64,000 nucleotides of DNA from a bacterium (GTDB lineage: Bacteria > Margulisbacteria > WOR-1 > O2-12-FULL-45-9 > XYB2-FULL-48-7): contig JBDRLW010000003.1 of assembly GCA_043812655.1 (NCBI GenBank), forward strand, positions 21,125 to 85,124. Direction: 5' to 3'. Below are positions 28,044-38,080 of this stretch, in pieces. The position numbers were made by a program, and so were the translations under genes. How positions within the stretch are numbered: position 1 is the stretch's first letter; each line of letters opens with the position of its first letter. The notes beneath the pieces were generated by a model. The model saw nothing but the letters and a program-made list of their open reading frames with translations, searched no databases and was not told the origin of the DNA.

Positions 28044-28688
28044 TTAGCCTGCCTCCTTGATCTTGTTGCGGAAAAAAGCGGCAATAGTCTTTGGTGCAGC
28101 CGGCTGTTCGCTTAGGTAACGAAGCTTTTCATCGACAACAATATCACCAGTAAATGCCAACTGCTCCAGGAACATCCGCTCGCTAAAGACCTCTCCATAT
28201 TTCTTTTTGGCTATATCAGTTATTTGATCAAGCGCGAGAAAATTATTTTTTACCATGACATAAAGATCAAAATAATCACGGTAATTACCGCGTCGGCCCA
28301 AAGCATATGCCTTGGTCGCCGCGATATCCTTGATCGATAATAACGGTAAATTTCCTGTTGTTTTCACCAATGGAAAAAGCGGTCGCCAATAATAATTCAA
28401 GAGCGTAATTTTAATATTGCCATCTAGAACTATTGTCAACTCATCAGCCGTATCGACTAGAGTGGTAAGATGATATTGGCGCAGTCCGCCCAGAAGTTTT
28501 CTTTTAACGGCAAAGGTAATATCCTTATCACGAAAAAGGTCGAAATCGAGTGACTCACGATGTCCTATCTGCAAAGCTAAAGCCGTACCACCGGCTAGAT
28601 AATAATCATGGCCTAATACTTTATTGAGCCTGGAAAAAACTGTCTTTCTTTCCGGATCAAGTATTTTCCAAAATAATTTTTTATTCAT
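28044..28688 (-). CDS. nucleotidyltransferase, AbiEii/AbiGii toxin family (second copy)
   Basis: 'YLAGGTALALQIGHRESLDFDLF' is the AbiEii NTase core motif. Confidence 0.6.
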   Translation of the reverse strand: MNKKLFWKILDPERKTVFSRLNKVLGHDYYLAGGTALALQIGHRESLDFDLFRDKDITFAVKRKLLGGLRQYHLTTLVDTADELTIVLDGNIKITLLNYYWRPLFPLVKTTGNLPLLSIKDIAATKAYALGRRGNYRDYFDLYVMVKNNFLALDQITDIAKKKYGEVFSERMFLEQLAFTGDIVVDEKLRYLSEQPAAPKTIAAFFRNKIKEAG

Positions 28689-28691
28689 TAT

Positions 28692-28928
28692 TTATGCAAA
28701 CAAAGCCTTAGCGAAAGGCAAGATACTTTTTCGGCTGAATTGCCTGCCATGTTTTTTGGCAAAATTATAGACCGATTTCCTTCCCAATTTCTTTGCCAAA
28801 TAACGCAAATGTTCCATCCTTCCTTTTTCCAAAGCCTGGAAGAGGATCGTATCCCTGTCCTTTTCCAGGGACATTTTATCAAAATCAGCAAACCATAAAA
28901 TTGACTTGAAATATAACGGCAGTCTCAT
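28692..28928 (-). CDS. small protein upstream of the second AbiEii-like NTase; putative cognate antitoxin
   Basis: 78 aa, 3 nt upstream of the NTase. It shares the KKH motif with the 26726-27004 product. Confidence 0.3.
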   Translation of the reverse strand: MRLPLYFKSILWFADFDKMSLEKDRDTILFQALEKGRMEHLRYLAKKLGRKSVYNFAKKHGRQFSRKSILPFAKALFA

Positions 28929-28932
28929 GATA

Positions 28933-30039
28933 TTATTTTACCAGATTTTCAAGATACTTTCCAATCGCCAAACAACTTGTCAACCCGGGACTCTCTATCC
29001 CAATCAAATTAATAAACCTTGGACAACCATTTTCTTTCTCTTCCTTGATCACAAAATCCCTAAACCCATCGTTTGGACCTTGAAGTTTTGGCCGCATTCC
29101 CGCTGTATCTGGCGCCAGCATCGCTTCATCGACCCAAGGCAAATAGGTTTTAACCGCTTGATAAAAATCTTTCCTTTTAGCTGGATCTACATCATAATAA
29201 ATTTTTTCGACATATTCAGTATCCGGCCCCAGTCTAATGTACCCATCAAGATCAAGAGTAGCATGCACTCCAAGCCCATGTCCCTGTTCATGCGGCACCG
29301 GATAAACCAGATGGTTTAATTTCCCTTTAGACCCAGTTACCCCGAAATAATCACCTTTACAATAATAGAGCCTGTAACCAAGCTTATCAATATCAAACCC
29401 GGCTAACTGCGCCATTTTATCGGCGTTTAAACCAGCACAGTTGATCACCCATTCACTCTGAATACTTTCCCCATTCTGATCAGTTAAAACATACCCATCC
29501 CCTTGTTTCTTTATCTCTTTTGTCTCGCTTCCAAACGCGAACATAACCCCGTTCTTCTCGGCTTTTTTATTTAAGCAATCCATTAAACCATGAGAATCAA
29601 TGATCCCCGTCGAACCGGAAAAAATACCGTTCAACGCAAAAACATTTGGTTCGAGAGCCAAAACATCTTCTTTTGTCAATAATCTTAGATCAGGGACCCC
29701 AACCGAAACAGCATTATTATAAATTGATTCTATTTTTTTGGCTTCAGCTTCGTTGGTTGAAATAATTATCTTGCCGCATTTTTTATGCTTCACACCATTT
29801 TCCGCACAAAACTGATATAAAAGTTTGTTACCTTGAAGACATAAAAGACTTTTCAATGAGTCTTTAGGATAATAAATCCCAGCGTGGATAACTTCACTAT
29901 TGCGGCTGCTAGTCTCTTGGCCAAAGCTATCATGCATCTCAAAAACTACGATATCGCCATCAATTTTTTGTGATAAGGCTTCGGCGATCGCAAGTCCAAT
30001 AACGCCGGCTCCAATTATTGATACTTTGACATTGTCCAT
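28933..30039 (-). CDS. FAD-dependent oxidoreductase (DAO family; L-2-hydroxyglutarate oxidase-like)
   Basis: 'VSIIGAGVIGLAIA' dinucleotide-binding motif. Length 368 aa. 'GLRP' and 'IGIESPGLTSCLAIG' at the C-terminus are typical of LhgO/DAO enzymes. Confidence 0.6.
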   Translation of the reverse strand: MDNVKVSIIGAGVIGLAIAEALSQKIDGDIVVFEMHDSFGQETSSRNSEVIHAGIYYPKDSLKSLLCLQGNKLLYQFCAENGVKHKKCGKIIISTNEAEAKKIESIYNNAVSVGVPDLRLLTKEDVLALEPNVFALNGIFSGSTGIIDSHGLMDCLNKKAEKNGVMFAFGSETKEIKKQGDGYVLTDQNGESIQSEWVINCAGLNADKMAQLAGFDIDKLGYRLYYCKGDYFGVTGSKGKLNHLVYPVPHEQGHGLGVHATLDLDGYIRLGPDTEYVEKIYYDVDPAKRKDFYQAVKTYLPWVDEAMLAPDTAGMRPKLQGPNDGFRDFVIKEEKENGCPRFINLIGIESPGLTSCLAIGKYLENLVK

Positions 30040-30041
30040 AT

Positions 30042-30461
30042 TTACCCCATCTGTCCCGCCTTCGGCGGGACATCTTCCCCTTGGTAAGGGGAAGAATATA
30101 AGGAATTATCAATCTTATCTCGAATACTAGCAATCACTTGTTCAAGATTATTAAAAACCTCTTCATTTGTAAAACGAATGAAATTGATTTCTAAACATTC
30201 TATCAATTTCTGTCGTGCTTTATCATAATTGCGTTGATTTCTACTAAGATGATAACCACCATCAATTTCAATTCCCAACCTGACTTCTGGTGAATAAAAA
30301 TCAATCACAAAACCCTTAATGCTATATTGTCTTCGGAACTTATGCCCATTAACTTTTCGTTTTCTTATTTGTTCCCATAATATTTTCTCGGCTTCCGTCA
30401 TATTCTTACGCAGTATTTGTCTTTTTTCTCGATCACGACTTCTATTATATATCTTTGTCAT
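30042..30461 (-). CDS. DUF559 endonuclease-domain protein (Vsr/PD-(D/E)xK-like)
   Basis: 'LRKNMTEAEKILWEQIR', 'FRRQYSIKGFVIDFY', 'LGIEIDGGYH' and 'YDKARQKLIECLEINFIRF' are the conserved DUF559 blocks. The C-terminal tail reads through a flanking inverted repeat. Confidence 0.65.
   Translation of the reverse strand: MTKIYNRSRDREKRQILRKNMTEAEKILWEQIRKRKVNGHKFRRQYSIKGFVIDFYSPEVRLGIEIDGGYHLSRNQRNYDKARQKLIECLEINFIRFTNEEVFNNLEQVIASIRDKIDNSLYSSPYQGEDVPPKAGQMG
30073..30093. repeat. inverted repeat flanking the DUF559 gene (left copy), containing palindrome CCCCTTGGTAAGGGG
   Basis: 'cttccccttggtaaggggaag' read directly. Its partner 'ctcccccttaccaagggggag' lies at 30497-30517. Confidence 0.65.
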
Positions 30462-30496
30462 AAACGCTGATTCTCCCCTATCTTTAACGCCGATAT

Positions 30497-30517
30497 CTCC
30501 CCCTTACCAAGGGGGAG
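30497..30517. repeat. inverted repeat flanking the DUF559 gene (right copy)
   Basis: Reverse complement of the core of the 30073-30093 repeat. Confidence 0.65.
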
Positions 30518-30539
30518 ATTATAGAGGGGGTAATCCATG

Positions 30540-33500
30540 TCACGAAGTGACAGAGGGGGTATGATAATCCTGCAGTGCCTTAACATCAAACCCTTTCTTC
30601 TTCGCGGCTTCAATGCCATTAACCGTAGCCTGGGCGCCAGAGATGGTGGTAATAAGAGGAATGTTATGCATAACCGCAGCGGAGCGGATCTTGGTTTCAT
30701 CAACCTTGGTCTGCTTGCCGCCAGGAGTATTTATTAGAAGTGAAATCTCCCCTTTATTAACTAAATCAAGAATGTCATTGCCACTTTCGCTTAATTTTTG
30801 AATAACTTCACAATCAATCCCGTTCTTCTTTAATACTCCGCCCGTCCCAGCCGTAGCCACAATGGAGAAGCCTAGGTCAGCCAATTTTTTAACAATATAA
30901 ACGATCGACCGCTTATCCCGGTTGTTGACCGAAACAAAGATCTTCCCCTTTAATGGTAAATTCTGCCCTGCCGCAATCTGCGACTTCATAAAAGCAGTCC
31001 CAAAATCGTTATCGATCCCCATCACTTCACCGGTTGAGCGCATCTCGGGACCCAAGATCGCATCGGCTCCAGGGAAACGATTAAACGGAAAGACCGCTTC
31101 TTTAACCGAGACATGTTTAGGCTCAACTTCGGTTAAAATCCCTTGCTGTTTTAGCGTTTTGCCAATCATCACCTTGGTCGCCACTTTGGCCCAAGGAACA
31201 CCGGTTGCCTTGGAGACAAAGGGAACGGTCCGTGAAGCCCGGGGATTGACCTCCAAAACATAGACCCGATCATTCTTGACCGCGAATTGGATATTCATTA
31301 AACCTTTAACTTTGAGCTCTTTAGCCATGGCATAAGTATTATGCTTAATGGTTTCAATGATATCGGCGCTTAAAGAAAATGGGGGTAATGAACAAGCGGA
31401 ATCTCCCGAATGGATCCCCGCTTCTTCGATATGCTCCATGATACCGCAAACCACCGTCTGCTTCCCATCAGAGACCGCGTCAACATCAACTTCGATCGCG
31501 TCTTCCAAAAACTTATCGACCAAAACTGGATGTTCAGGCGAAACTTGAACTGCTGTTGACATAAATTCATCTAGGTCTTTATCGTCATAAACAAGCCGCA
31601 TTGCCCGGCCGCCTAAGACGTACGAGGGCCGGACCAAACAAGGATAACCGATCTTTTTGGCGATCTTCCGCGCTTCCTTGGTTGAGTAAACGGTCCCGTT
31701 TGGCGCTTGATGCAATTTTAATTTTTTAAGCATGGCCGCGAAGCGTTTGCGGTCTTCCGCCCGGTCGATCTGCTTTGGGGAAGTCCCAATTATTCTTGCC
31801 CCTGCTTCTTTTAAAGGCAGAGCCAGATTCAACGGCGTTTGGCCGCCAAACTGGACAATGATCCCATCAGGCCTTTCTTTTTCAATGATACTTAGAACAT
31901 CTTCCCGCGTTAATGGTTCAAAATAAAGTTTGTCGGAAGTATCATAATCGGTCGAAACCGTTTCGGGGTTGGAATTGACCATGATCGATTCGATCCCTTC
32001 TTCCCGCAAGGCGAACGAGGCATGGACGCAGCAATAATCAAATTCGATCCCTTGCCCGATCCGATTCGGACCGCCGCCTAAGATCATTACCTTCTTTTTT
32101 TGGGTTCGCTTTACTTCATCTTCTTGCTCATAAGTCGAGTAATAATAAGGCGTGTAAGCTTCAAACTCAGCCGCGCAGGTATCGACCAGTTTATAAACTG
32201 GCGCGACCCCAAGCGCATTTCGCTTGGCATAAATTTCTTTTTCGGTTTTCCCGATCAAATAAGCCAGCTGTTTATCAGAAAATCCGCATTGCTTAGCTTG
32301 ATACAACAAATCTTTCTCTTCTAATATTCCCGGACCTTGGACCTTGATCCTGGTCTCTTCTTCTATTATCTCAACGATATTTTCTAAGAACCACGGATCA
32401 ACCTTGGTCAATTCATAGACCTTTTTTACCTGCATCCCCGTTTTAAGAGCGTGCTTAATATAGAAAATCCGGCGGTCATTGGGTGTCTTTAACTTTTCAA
32501 TTAATAATTCTTCTTTGATAAATTCTTTGCCGTCAGCCCCCAACCCCGCCCGGCCAACTTCGAGCGAGCGCAAACCTTTCTGCAGCGCTTCTTTAAATGT
32601 CCGCCCGATCGCCATCGTTTCACCAACCGACTTCATTGAGGTGCCGATTACAGCCGGAGTATCGGGGAACTTCTCAAACGTGAACCGGGGGATCTTCACT
32701 ACGCAATAATCGATCGACGGCTCAAACGAGGCCGGAGTTTCTTTGGTTATATCATTGGGGATTTCATCTAATGTATAGCCGACCGCCAACTTGGCCGCGA
32801 TCTTGGCGATCGGAAAACCGGTCGCTTTTGATGCCAAGGCTGACGAACGGGAAACTCGCGGATTCATTTCAATTATCACCATTCGCCCGGTATCTGGATG
32901 GACACCAAATTGGATATTGGAACCACCGGTTTCAACCCCGATCGCTCGGATCGCCGCTAGCGACTGGTCACGCATCTTTTGGTATTCTCTATCGGTTAAG
33001 GTTTGTGCTGGTGCCACAGTGATCGAATCACCAGTGTGAACCCCCATCGCGTCAAGATTCTCGATCGAACAGATAATGACAACATTATCTTTCTTGTCAC
33101 GCATCACCTCAAGTTCGTACTCTTTCCAACCAGTCAGGTCTTCTTCAATTAATACTTCGGAAGTCGGTGAAAGTTCCAGTCCTTTGCTCACTACTTCTTT
33201 ATATTCTTCCATCGTGTGGGCAACGCCAGAACCAGTGCCGCCAAGCGTAAAACTGGGACGAATAATAACTGGTAAACCAACACCATCGATCTTTTTTAGA
33301 GCTTCTTCAATCGTCTTGGCAAAAAAGCTCTTCGGAAGATCAAGCCCCGCTTCTTCCATCGCTTTTTTGAAGAGTTCTCGATTTTCCGCTTTTTTGATCG
33401 CTTTAACATCGGCCCCGATCATCTCGATCCCATATTTATCAAGGATCCCTGTTTCGGCAATCCCGATCGCGGTATTAAGCGCTGTTTGTCCGCCAATTGT

Positions 33501-33764
33501 CGGCAAGATCGCCTGCGGCCGCTCTTTTTCAATGATCTTGCAGCACATTTCCACCGTGATCGGTTCGATATAAGTCCGATGCGCCATTTCGGGGTCGGTC
33601 ATGATCGTGGCTGGGTTGGAATTAATTAAAACAATCTCATACCCTTCTTCGCGCAAGGCTTTACACGCCTGCGAACCAGAATAATCAAATTCGCAGGCCT
33701 GACCAATTATGATCGGCCCCGCGCCAATGATCATTATTTTTTTTATGTCCGTCCTCTTAGGCAT
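30540..33764 (-). CDS. carB: carbamoyl-phosphate synthase large subunit
   Basis: N-terminus '[34 protein letters not shown]' is the canonical CarB start. The ORF-track start 'MSRDM' extends into a repeat. Two ATP-grasp halves and an MGS-like C-terminus give about 1074 aa. Confidence 0.9.
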   Translation of the reverse strand: MPKRTDIKKIMIIGAGPIIIGQACEFDYSGSQACKALREEGYEIVLINSNPATIMTDPEMAHRTYIEPITVEMCCKIIEKERPQAILPTIGGQTALNTAIGIAETGILDKYGIEMIGADVKAIKKAENRELFKKAMEEAGLDLPKSFFAKTIEEALKKIDGVGLPVIIRPSFTLGGTGSGVAHTMEEYKEVVSKGLELSPTSEVLIEEDLTGWKEYELEVMRDKKDNVVIICSIENLDAMGVHTGDSITVAPAQTLTDREYQKMRDQSLAAIRAIGVETGGSNIQFGVHPDTGRMVIIEMNPRVSRSSALASKATGFPIAKIAAKLAVGYTLDEIPNDITKETPASFEPSIDYCVVKIPRFTFEKFPDTPAVIGTSMKSVGETMAIGRTFKEALQKGLRSLEVGRAGLGADGKEFIKEELLIEKLKTPNDRRIFYIKHALKTGMQVKKVYELTKVDPWFLENIVEIIEEETRIKVQGPGILEEKDLLYQAKQCGFSDKQLAYLIGKTEKEIYAKRNALGVAPVYKLVDTCAAEFEAYTPYYYSTYEQEDEVKRTQKKKVMILGGGPNRIGQGIEFDYCCVHASFALREEGIESIMVNSNPETVSTDYDTSDKLYFEPLTREDVLSIIEKERPDGIIVQFGGQTPLNLALPLKEAGARIIGTSPKQIDRAEDRKRFAAMLKKLKLHQAPNGTVYSTKEARKIAKKIGYPCLVRPSYVLGGRAMRLVYDDKDLDEFMSTAVQVSPEHPVLVDKFLEDAIEVDVDAVSDGKQTVVCGIMEHIEEAGIHSGDSACSLPPFSLSADIIETIKHNTYAMAKELKVKGLMNIQFAVKNDRVYVLEVNPRASRTVPFVSKATGVPWAKVATKVMIGKTLKQQGILTEVEPKHVSVKEAVFPFNRFPGADAILGPEMRSTGEVMGIDNDFGTAFMKSQIAAGQNLPLKGKIFVSVNNRDKRSIVYIVKKLADLGFSIVATAGTGGVLKKNGIDCEVIQKLSESGNDILDLVNKGEISLLINTPGGKQTKVDETKIRSAAVMHNIPLITTISGAQATVNGIEAAKKKGFDVKALQDYHTPSVTS

Positions 33765-34890
33765 GTCTCGACTCACTTCGTTCGCTCGACATTAAACTTG
33801 CGAAGTCATTAAACAAGTAATGGGCATCATGCGGTCCTGGTCCCGCCTCCGGATGATATTGGACAGAAAAGATCGGTAAGGTTTTATGTTTCATCCCTTC
33901 AACTGTCTTATCATTTAAATTAATGTGGGTCAGCTCGACCGTTCCTTTGGGAATGGAATCGATATCAACAGCAAACCCATGGTTTTGGGCAGTGATAGCC
34001 ACTTTTCTCGTCTGCAAATCCATAACCGGTTGGTTGCCGCCATGATGGCCAAACTTTAATTTATAGGTCTTGCCGCCTAAAGCTAGCCCTAACAATTGGT
34101 GTCCCAAACAGATCCCAAAGATCGGTTTCTTCCCGATTAGTTGTTTAATATTTTTGATCGCGTAAGTCACCGCCGCTGGATCAGCTGGCCCGTTAGACAG
34201 GAATATCCCGTCTGGATTCATGGCCATGACTTTTTCCGCCGGAAAATCGGCGGGGACAACAGTGACTCGACAACCCGCCGCAACAAGATTATTTAGAATA
34301 CTAAACTTGATCCCATAATCATACGCCACCACATTAAATTCAGGCTTTCTACATTCATTGGTCATTGGAAATTGGTCATTGGTCATTTTCCACTCATGCG
34401 GCTCTTTACAAGTAACGGTCTTAACCAGATCAACCCCTTCAACTCCCTGACAATTTTTGGCTCTCCTTATCAAATGCCTTTCATTTAAATCAACTGTCGA
34501 GATTATTCCTTTCAAAGAACCCTTTGTCCGCAGCCGCCGAGTTAACATCCGGGTATCGATCCCTTCGATCCCCACGATCCCATATTTTTTAAGATAGTCG
34601 CCAAGCCCGCTGGTCGAGCGGAAATTTGAAGCTATCCTTGAATTTTCCCTGACAATAAAACCTTCGCATTGGGGGATGGTCGACTCCAGGTCTTCTTCAT
34701 TAACACCGTAATTGCCGATCAAGGGGTAAGTCATCGTTACGATCTGGCCTTTGTAGGAAGGATCGGTCAAGATTTCTTGATAACCAGAAAGAGAGGTATT
34801 GAAAACGATCTCCCCGCTCTTCTCACCCTCGGAGCCAAAAGAGCGACCATGAAAAACCGTCCCATCTTCTAAAGCTAAAACTGCTTTCAT
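33757..34890 (-). CDS. carA: carbamoyl-phosphate synthase small subunit (glutamine amidotransferase)
   Basis: '[19 protein letters not shown]' is the canonical CarA start, chosen over the longer track ORF. The GATase triad region 'GICLGHQLL' is present. The C-terminal residues run into the hairpin repeat. Confidence 0.85.
   Translation of the reverse strand: MKAVLALEDGTVFHGRSFGSEGEKSGEIVFNTSLSGYQEILTDPSYKGQIVTMTYPLIGNYGVNEEDLESTIPQCEGFIVRENSRIASNFRSTSGLGDYLKKYGIVGIEGIDTRMLTRRLRTKGSLKGIISTVDLNERHLIRRAKNCQGVEGVDLVKTVTCKEPHEWKMTNDQFPMTNECRKPEFNVVAYDYGIKFSILNNLVAAGCRVTVVPADFPAEKVMAMNPDGIFLSNGPADPAAVTYAIKNIKQLIGKKPIFGICLGHQLLGLALGGKTYKLKFGHHGGNQPVMDLQTRKVAITAQNHGFAVDIDSIPKGTVELTHINLNDKTVEGMKHKTLPIFSVQYHPEAGPGPHDAHYLFNDFASLMSSERSESRHA
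33764..33789. repeat. GC-rich hairpin repeat family 'GTCTCGACTCACTTCGTTCGCTCGAC' at the carA/carB junction
   Basis: Read directly. Related copies occur at 38584-38608 and, in reverse complement, within 63797-63838. Confidence 0.55.
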
Positions 34891-34974
34891 TTTGTCATAA
34901 AAAAAGCGCCTGGCAAAAAACTCCACGCGCTTAGTCCCATTAAAGCAAAATTATAACAGCTTTAAGTTGTCCGG

Positions 34975-35799
34975 TCAAACTGAGAAGATCTCAACCCCAC
35001 TATCAGCAGTTTCAACATAATAACTTCGACCATATTCTTTGCGGATCTCGCGTAATTTTTTATCATCAGCCGGGAAACCAAAGACGCTCGAGCCACTTCC
35101 CGACATCTGCGCAAAAGTACAACCCAATTCCAGCATTCGATCCTTAACTTTTTGAATGACCGGATATTTCTTTATCACTACAGATTCTAAATCGTTCTTA
35201 CTACCTTCATTTTTCATTTTGCATTTTTCATTTTTCATTTGACTCTCATCCCATGCGTCATATGCCCATTTTGTAGAGACCTCAACTTCAGGAATTACTA
35301 AAAGGTAATTACGCGTTTCGTTTAACGTATTACGCGTTACCCTTTCCCCCCGCCCCTTCACCGTACAATTCCCCCCCATAATGCAAAAAGGAACATCGGA
35401 ACCGATCTTAGCGCCTACGACCATTAGCTCTTCCTGGCTAAGCTTCTTACCATATATATTATTAAGGCCGACCAAAACCGCGGCGGCATCTGCCGAACCC
35501 CCAGCCAGCCCTGCCCCCACCGGGATCTGCTTCTCAATATATATCTTTATTCCGCTACTCCCTACCCCCTGCACCCTAAAAAACTCTTCTGCCGCCTTAT
35601 AAGCTAAATTCTTATTATTAGTTGGTAGCTGTAAATTGGTCGTAATGACTTCAATGCCGGAGTCAATTGGAGTTAATGTAAGAGTATCAAAAAGAGTGAC
35701 CGACTGCATGACCGACTCGAGTTCATGGTAGCTATCTTGGCGAGTCCCCAGGATTTTAAGCGAGAGGTTGATCTTGGCAAAAGCTTTAAGCTTCAGCAC
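34975..35799 (-). CDS. ispE: 4-(cytidine 5'-diphospho)-2-C-methyl-D-erythritol kinase
   Basis: 'KINLSLKILGTRQDSYHELESV' N-terminus and 'PVGAGLAGGSADAAAVLVGL' GHMP-kinase motif. It contains an extra in-frame tandem repeat 'KMKNEKCKMKNE'. Confidence 0.8.
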   Translation of the reverse strand: MLKLKAFAKINLSLKILGTRQDSYHELESVMQSVTLFDTLTLTPIDSGIEVITTNLQLPTNNKNLAYKAAEEFFRVQGVGSSGIKIYIEKQIPVGAGLAGGSADAAAVLVGLNNIYGKKLSQEELMVVGAKIGSDVPFCIMGGNCTVKGRGERVTRNTLNETRNYLLVIPEVEVSTKWAYDAWDESQMKNEKCKMKNEGSKNDLESVVIKKYPVIQKVKDRMLELGCTFAQMSGSGSSVFGFPADDKKLREIRKEYGRSYYVETADSGVEIFSV

Positions 35800-36075
35800 T
35801 TATTTGTTTTTGTTAAAAGCGATCATCAAGCGTGATTTCAAGCGGGCTGCTTTATTCGCATGGATGATCCCGCGTTCGGCCGCTTTATCAAGGATAGAAA
35901 CAACTTGCTTCAGTTTATCGGCCGCCTCGGCAATTTTACCAGTGATCGCGGTCCTGGCAGCCTTAATGGCTTTCTTTATGGTATCTTTTTCTTTGATATT
36001 GCGTGCGCGCCGCTTCTTGGTCTGGCGGACGTTCTTAATTCCTTTTCGTTTAACAACTTTTTTCTTTTCTGCCAT
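35800..36075 (-). CDS. rpsT: 30S ribosomal protein S20
   Basis: 'MAEKKKVVKRKGIKNVRQTKKRRARN...' is a typical S20 N-terminus. Start taken at the internal Met (MAEKK) rather than the longer track ORF. Confidence 0.85.
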   Translation of the reverse strand: MAEKKKVVKRKGIKNVRQTKKRRARNIKEKDTIKKAIKAARTAITGKIAEAADKLKQVVSILDKAAERGIIHANKAARLKSRLMIAFNKNK

Positions 36076-36110
36076 TTTTCTCCTCCTAAACAGGATCAAC
36101 TACAATTGAC

Positions 36111-37004
36111 ATGATAACACAAATAATAGTAAAATATCAAGCTAGATTGAGTATAAGCGATTGGTTTAAACGAAAAAAGCTGGCTCAGGAAGCCACCGCA
36201 ACCCGCGCCCGACTAGATATCCCCAATAATTTATGGGTCAAGTGCGGTCAGTGCGGTACGGCTATTTATAAGAAAGATCTGGAAGCCAACCAAAAAGTTT
36301 GCCCCAAATGTGAATTTCATTTTAAGGTGAGCTCGGCCGAAAGGATCGCCCAGTTATTTGAGCCGGAAAGTTTTGTGGAGATCAACCACGATATTACTTC
36401 GAAAAACTTCCTTGATTTCTCCGACACTAAAAATTACACCGCCAGGATCGATGGATCGATCGCTAAATCAGGGCTGAAAGACGCCATCGTTACCGGCACC
36501 GGCAAGATCGGCCAGCATGAAGTCGCCTTTGGCGGGATGGATTTTTCTTTCATGGGGGGAAGCATGGGTTCGGTCGTCGGGGAGAAAATTGCCCGATTGA
36601 TAGAGGTCGCTGTTGAGCAGAAGATCCCGGTCATTATTGTCTCAACCTCCGGCGGGGCCAGGATGCAGGAAAGCATAATGTCGCTGATGCAAATGGCTAA
36701 AACTTCCGCTGCCCTGGGACGCCTGCGGGAAAACGGCCTCCCCTATATTTCAATTTTAACCGACCCAACAACCGGCGGCGTTTCCGCCAGCTACGCCATG
36801 CTGGGCGATATTAATATCGCGGAACCGGGCGCTCTTATCTGTTTTGCCGGTCCCCGGGTAATTGAACAAACGATCAGGCAAAAACTCCCGCCCGGTTTTC
36901 AACGGGCTGAATTCTTGCAAGAGCACGGGATGATCGACGTAGTGTGCTCAAGAAAACATTTAAAAGAAACATTAACAAGAATATTAAAATTCTTTAAAAA
37001 TTAG
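36111..37004 (+). CDS. accD: acetyl-CoA carboxylase carboxyltransferase subunit beta
   Basis: 'SDWFKRKK' N-terminus. Zn ribbon 'CGQCGTAIYKKDLEANQKVCPKCEFH'. 'GGMDFSFMGGSMGSVVGEK' is the CT-beta motif. The true start may be the TTG at about 36147. Confidence 0.85.
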   Translation: MITQIIVKYQARLSISDWFKRKKLAQEATATRARLDIPNNLWVKCGQCGTAIYKKDLEANQKVCPKCEFHFKVSSAERIAQLFEPESFVEINHDITSKNFLDFSDTKNYTARIDGSIAKSGLKDAIVTGTGKIGQHEVAFGGMDFSFMGGSMGSVVGEKIARLIEVAVEQKIPVIIVSTSGGARMQESIMSLMQMAKTSAALGRLRENGLPYISILTDPTTGGVSASYAMLGDINIAEPGALICFAGPRVIEQTIRQKLPPGFQRAEFLQEHGMIDVVCSRKHLKETLTRILKFFKN

Positions 37005-37018
37005 GTAACGATGGAACC

Positions 37019-37080
37019 TGAGAATGAAATTCTCGGTTCCATAGAAAACCGGAACCGCGACTTTTAGTCGCAGGTTCCGA
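37019..37080. repeat. double-hairpin intergenic element (terminator-like) between accD and accA; inverted copy upstream of rho
   Basis: Two hairpins, 'ggaacctgagaatgaaattctcggttcc' and 'ccgcgacttttagtcgcagg'. The reverse-complement version is at 38856-38930. Confidence 0.5.
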
Positions 37081-37094
37081 ATAAAGGAATTAAA

Positions 37095-38066
37095 ATGGCA
37101 AAAATAAATAATAACAAACCAAAACTCCTCCTCGAAAAACCGCTGGAGGAGCTTTACGCTAAGATCGAAAAATTAAAAGTCCTTCAGGAATCCGGCAAAA
37201 TGGACATGACCGAGGAGATCAAAATGCTGGAGAAAAGGATCGAAAATACCCGTAAAGAAATATTCTCCAAGATTACGCCGATCCAATGCGTCCAAGTTGC
37301 CCGTTACATTATGAGACCGACTACGCTTGATTATATCGATCTGCTATTTAAAGACTTTGTTGAACTCCATGGCGATCGTAATTTTTCTGACGATCCAGCT
37401 TTAGTTACCGGGATCGCCAATCTCGATGGCCGCTCGGTCATTGTGATGGGCCACCAAAAAGGCCATTCAACCAAAGAAAATATTGCCCGCAATTTTGGGA
37501 TGGCAAATCCTGAAGGCTACCGCAAAGCCCTCCGGCTAATGCGCCTGGCCGAGCGTTACAACAAGCCGATCATTTCTTTTGTTGATACGCCGGGAGCATA
37601 TTGCGGTTTAGGCGCTGAAGAACGTGGCCAAGCCGAAGCGATCGCTAAAAACCTTCGGGAAATGGCAGAGCTGACTGTCCCCTTTATTTCCATTATTACT
37701 GGTGAGGGTGGCTCTGGAGGGGCGCTAGGAATAGCGATGGGAAATAAAGTTTTGATGCTTGAATATTCAATTTATTCGGTGATCTCCCCCGAAGGCTGCG
37801 CCTCGATCCTTTTCCGTGACGCATCACGCGCTAATGAAGCGGCTAATGCGATGAGGATCACCGCGCCAGACCTGCTTGAACTCGGGGTAATTGATGAAGT
37901 GATCAAAGAACCGATCGGCGGCGCGCACAACGATCCGGCCTTTATGGCCAAAAATATCAAGGCCGCCATTTTAAAACATCTAGAACCGCTTCTCTCCCTC
38001 TCTCACCGCGAGCTAATAGCCGACCGGTACAACAAATACCGGAAGATGGGAATTTTTAACGGATAA
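37095..38066 (+). CDS. accA: acetyl-CoA carboxylase carboxyltransferase subunit alpha
   Basis: 'ARHPQRP'-like 'VARYIMRPTTLDYI', 'DTPGAYCGLGAEERGQAEAIA' and 'GEGGSGGALG' are canonical AccA motifs. Confidence 0.9.
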   Translation: MAKINNNKPKLLLEKPLEELYAKIEKLKVLQESGKMDMTEEIKMLEKRIENTRKEIFSKITPIQCVQVARYIMRPTTLDYIDLLFKDFVELHGDRNFSDDPALVTGIANLDGRSVIVMGHQKGHSTKENIARNFGMANPEGYRKALRLMRLAERYNKPIISFVDTPGAYCGLGAEERGQAEAIAKNLREMAELTVPFISIITGEGGSGGALGIAMGNKVLMLEYSIYSVISPEGCASILFRDASRANEAANAMRITAPDLLELGVIDEVIKEPIGGAHNDPAFMAKNIKAAILKHLEPLLSLSHRELIADRYNKYRKMGIFNG

Positions 38067-38080
38067 ATATTTGGTAAATG

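Noticed and set aside
24313-28928. Considered an integrated prophage or integrative element because of the excisionase-family HTH, AbiE-like genes and flanking repeats
   Set aside because: No integrase, recombinase, phage structural or conjugation genes are present. The content fits small TA or insertion cassettes inside a glycan operon rather than a prophage.
33076-33573. 165-aa ORF antisense to carB
   Set aside because: Shadow ORF within a highly conserved essential gene. Ser-rich, no domain signature.
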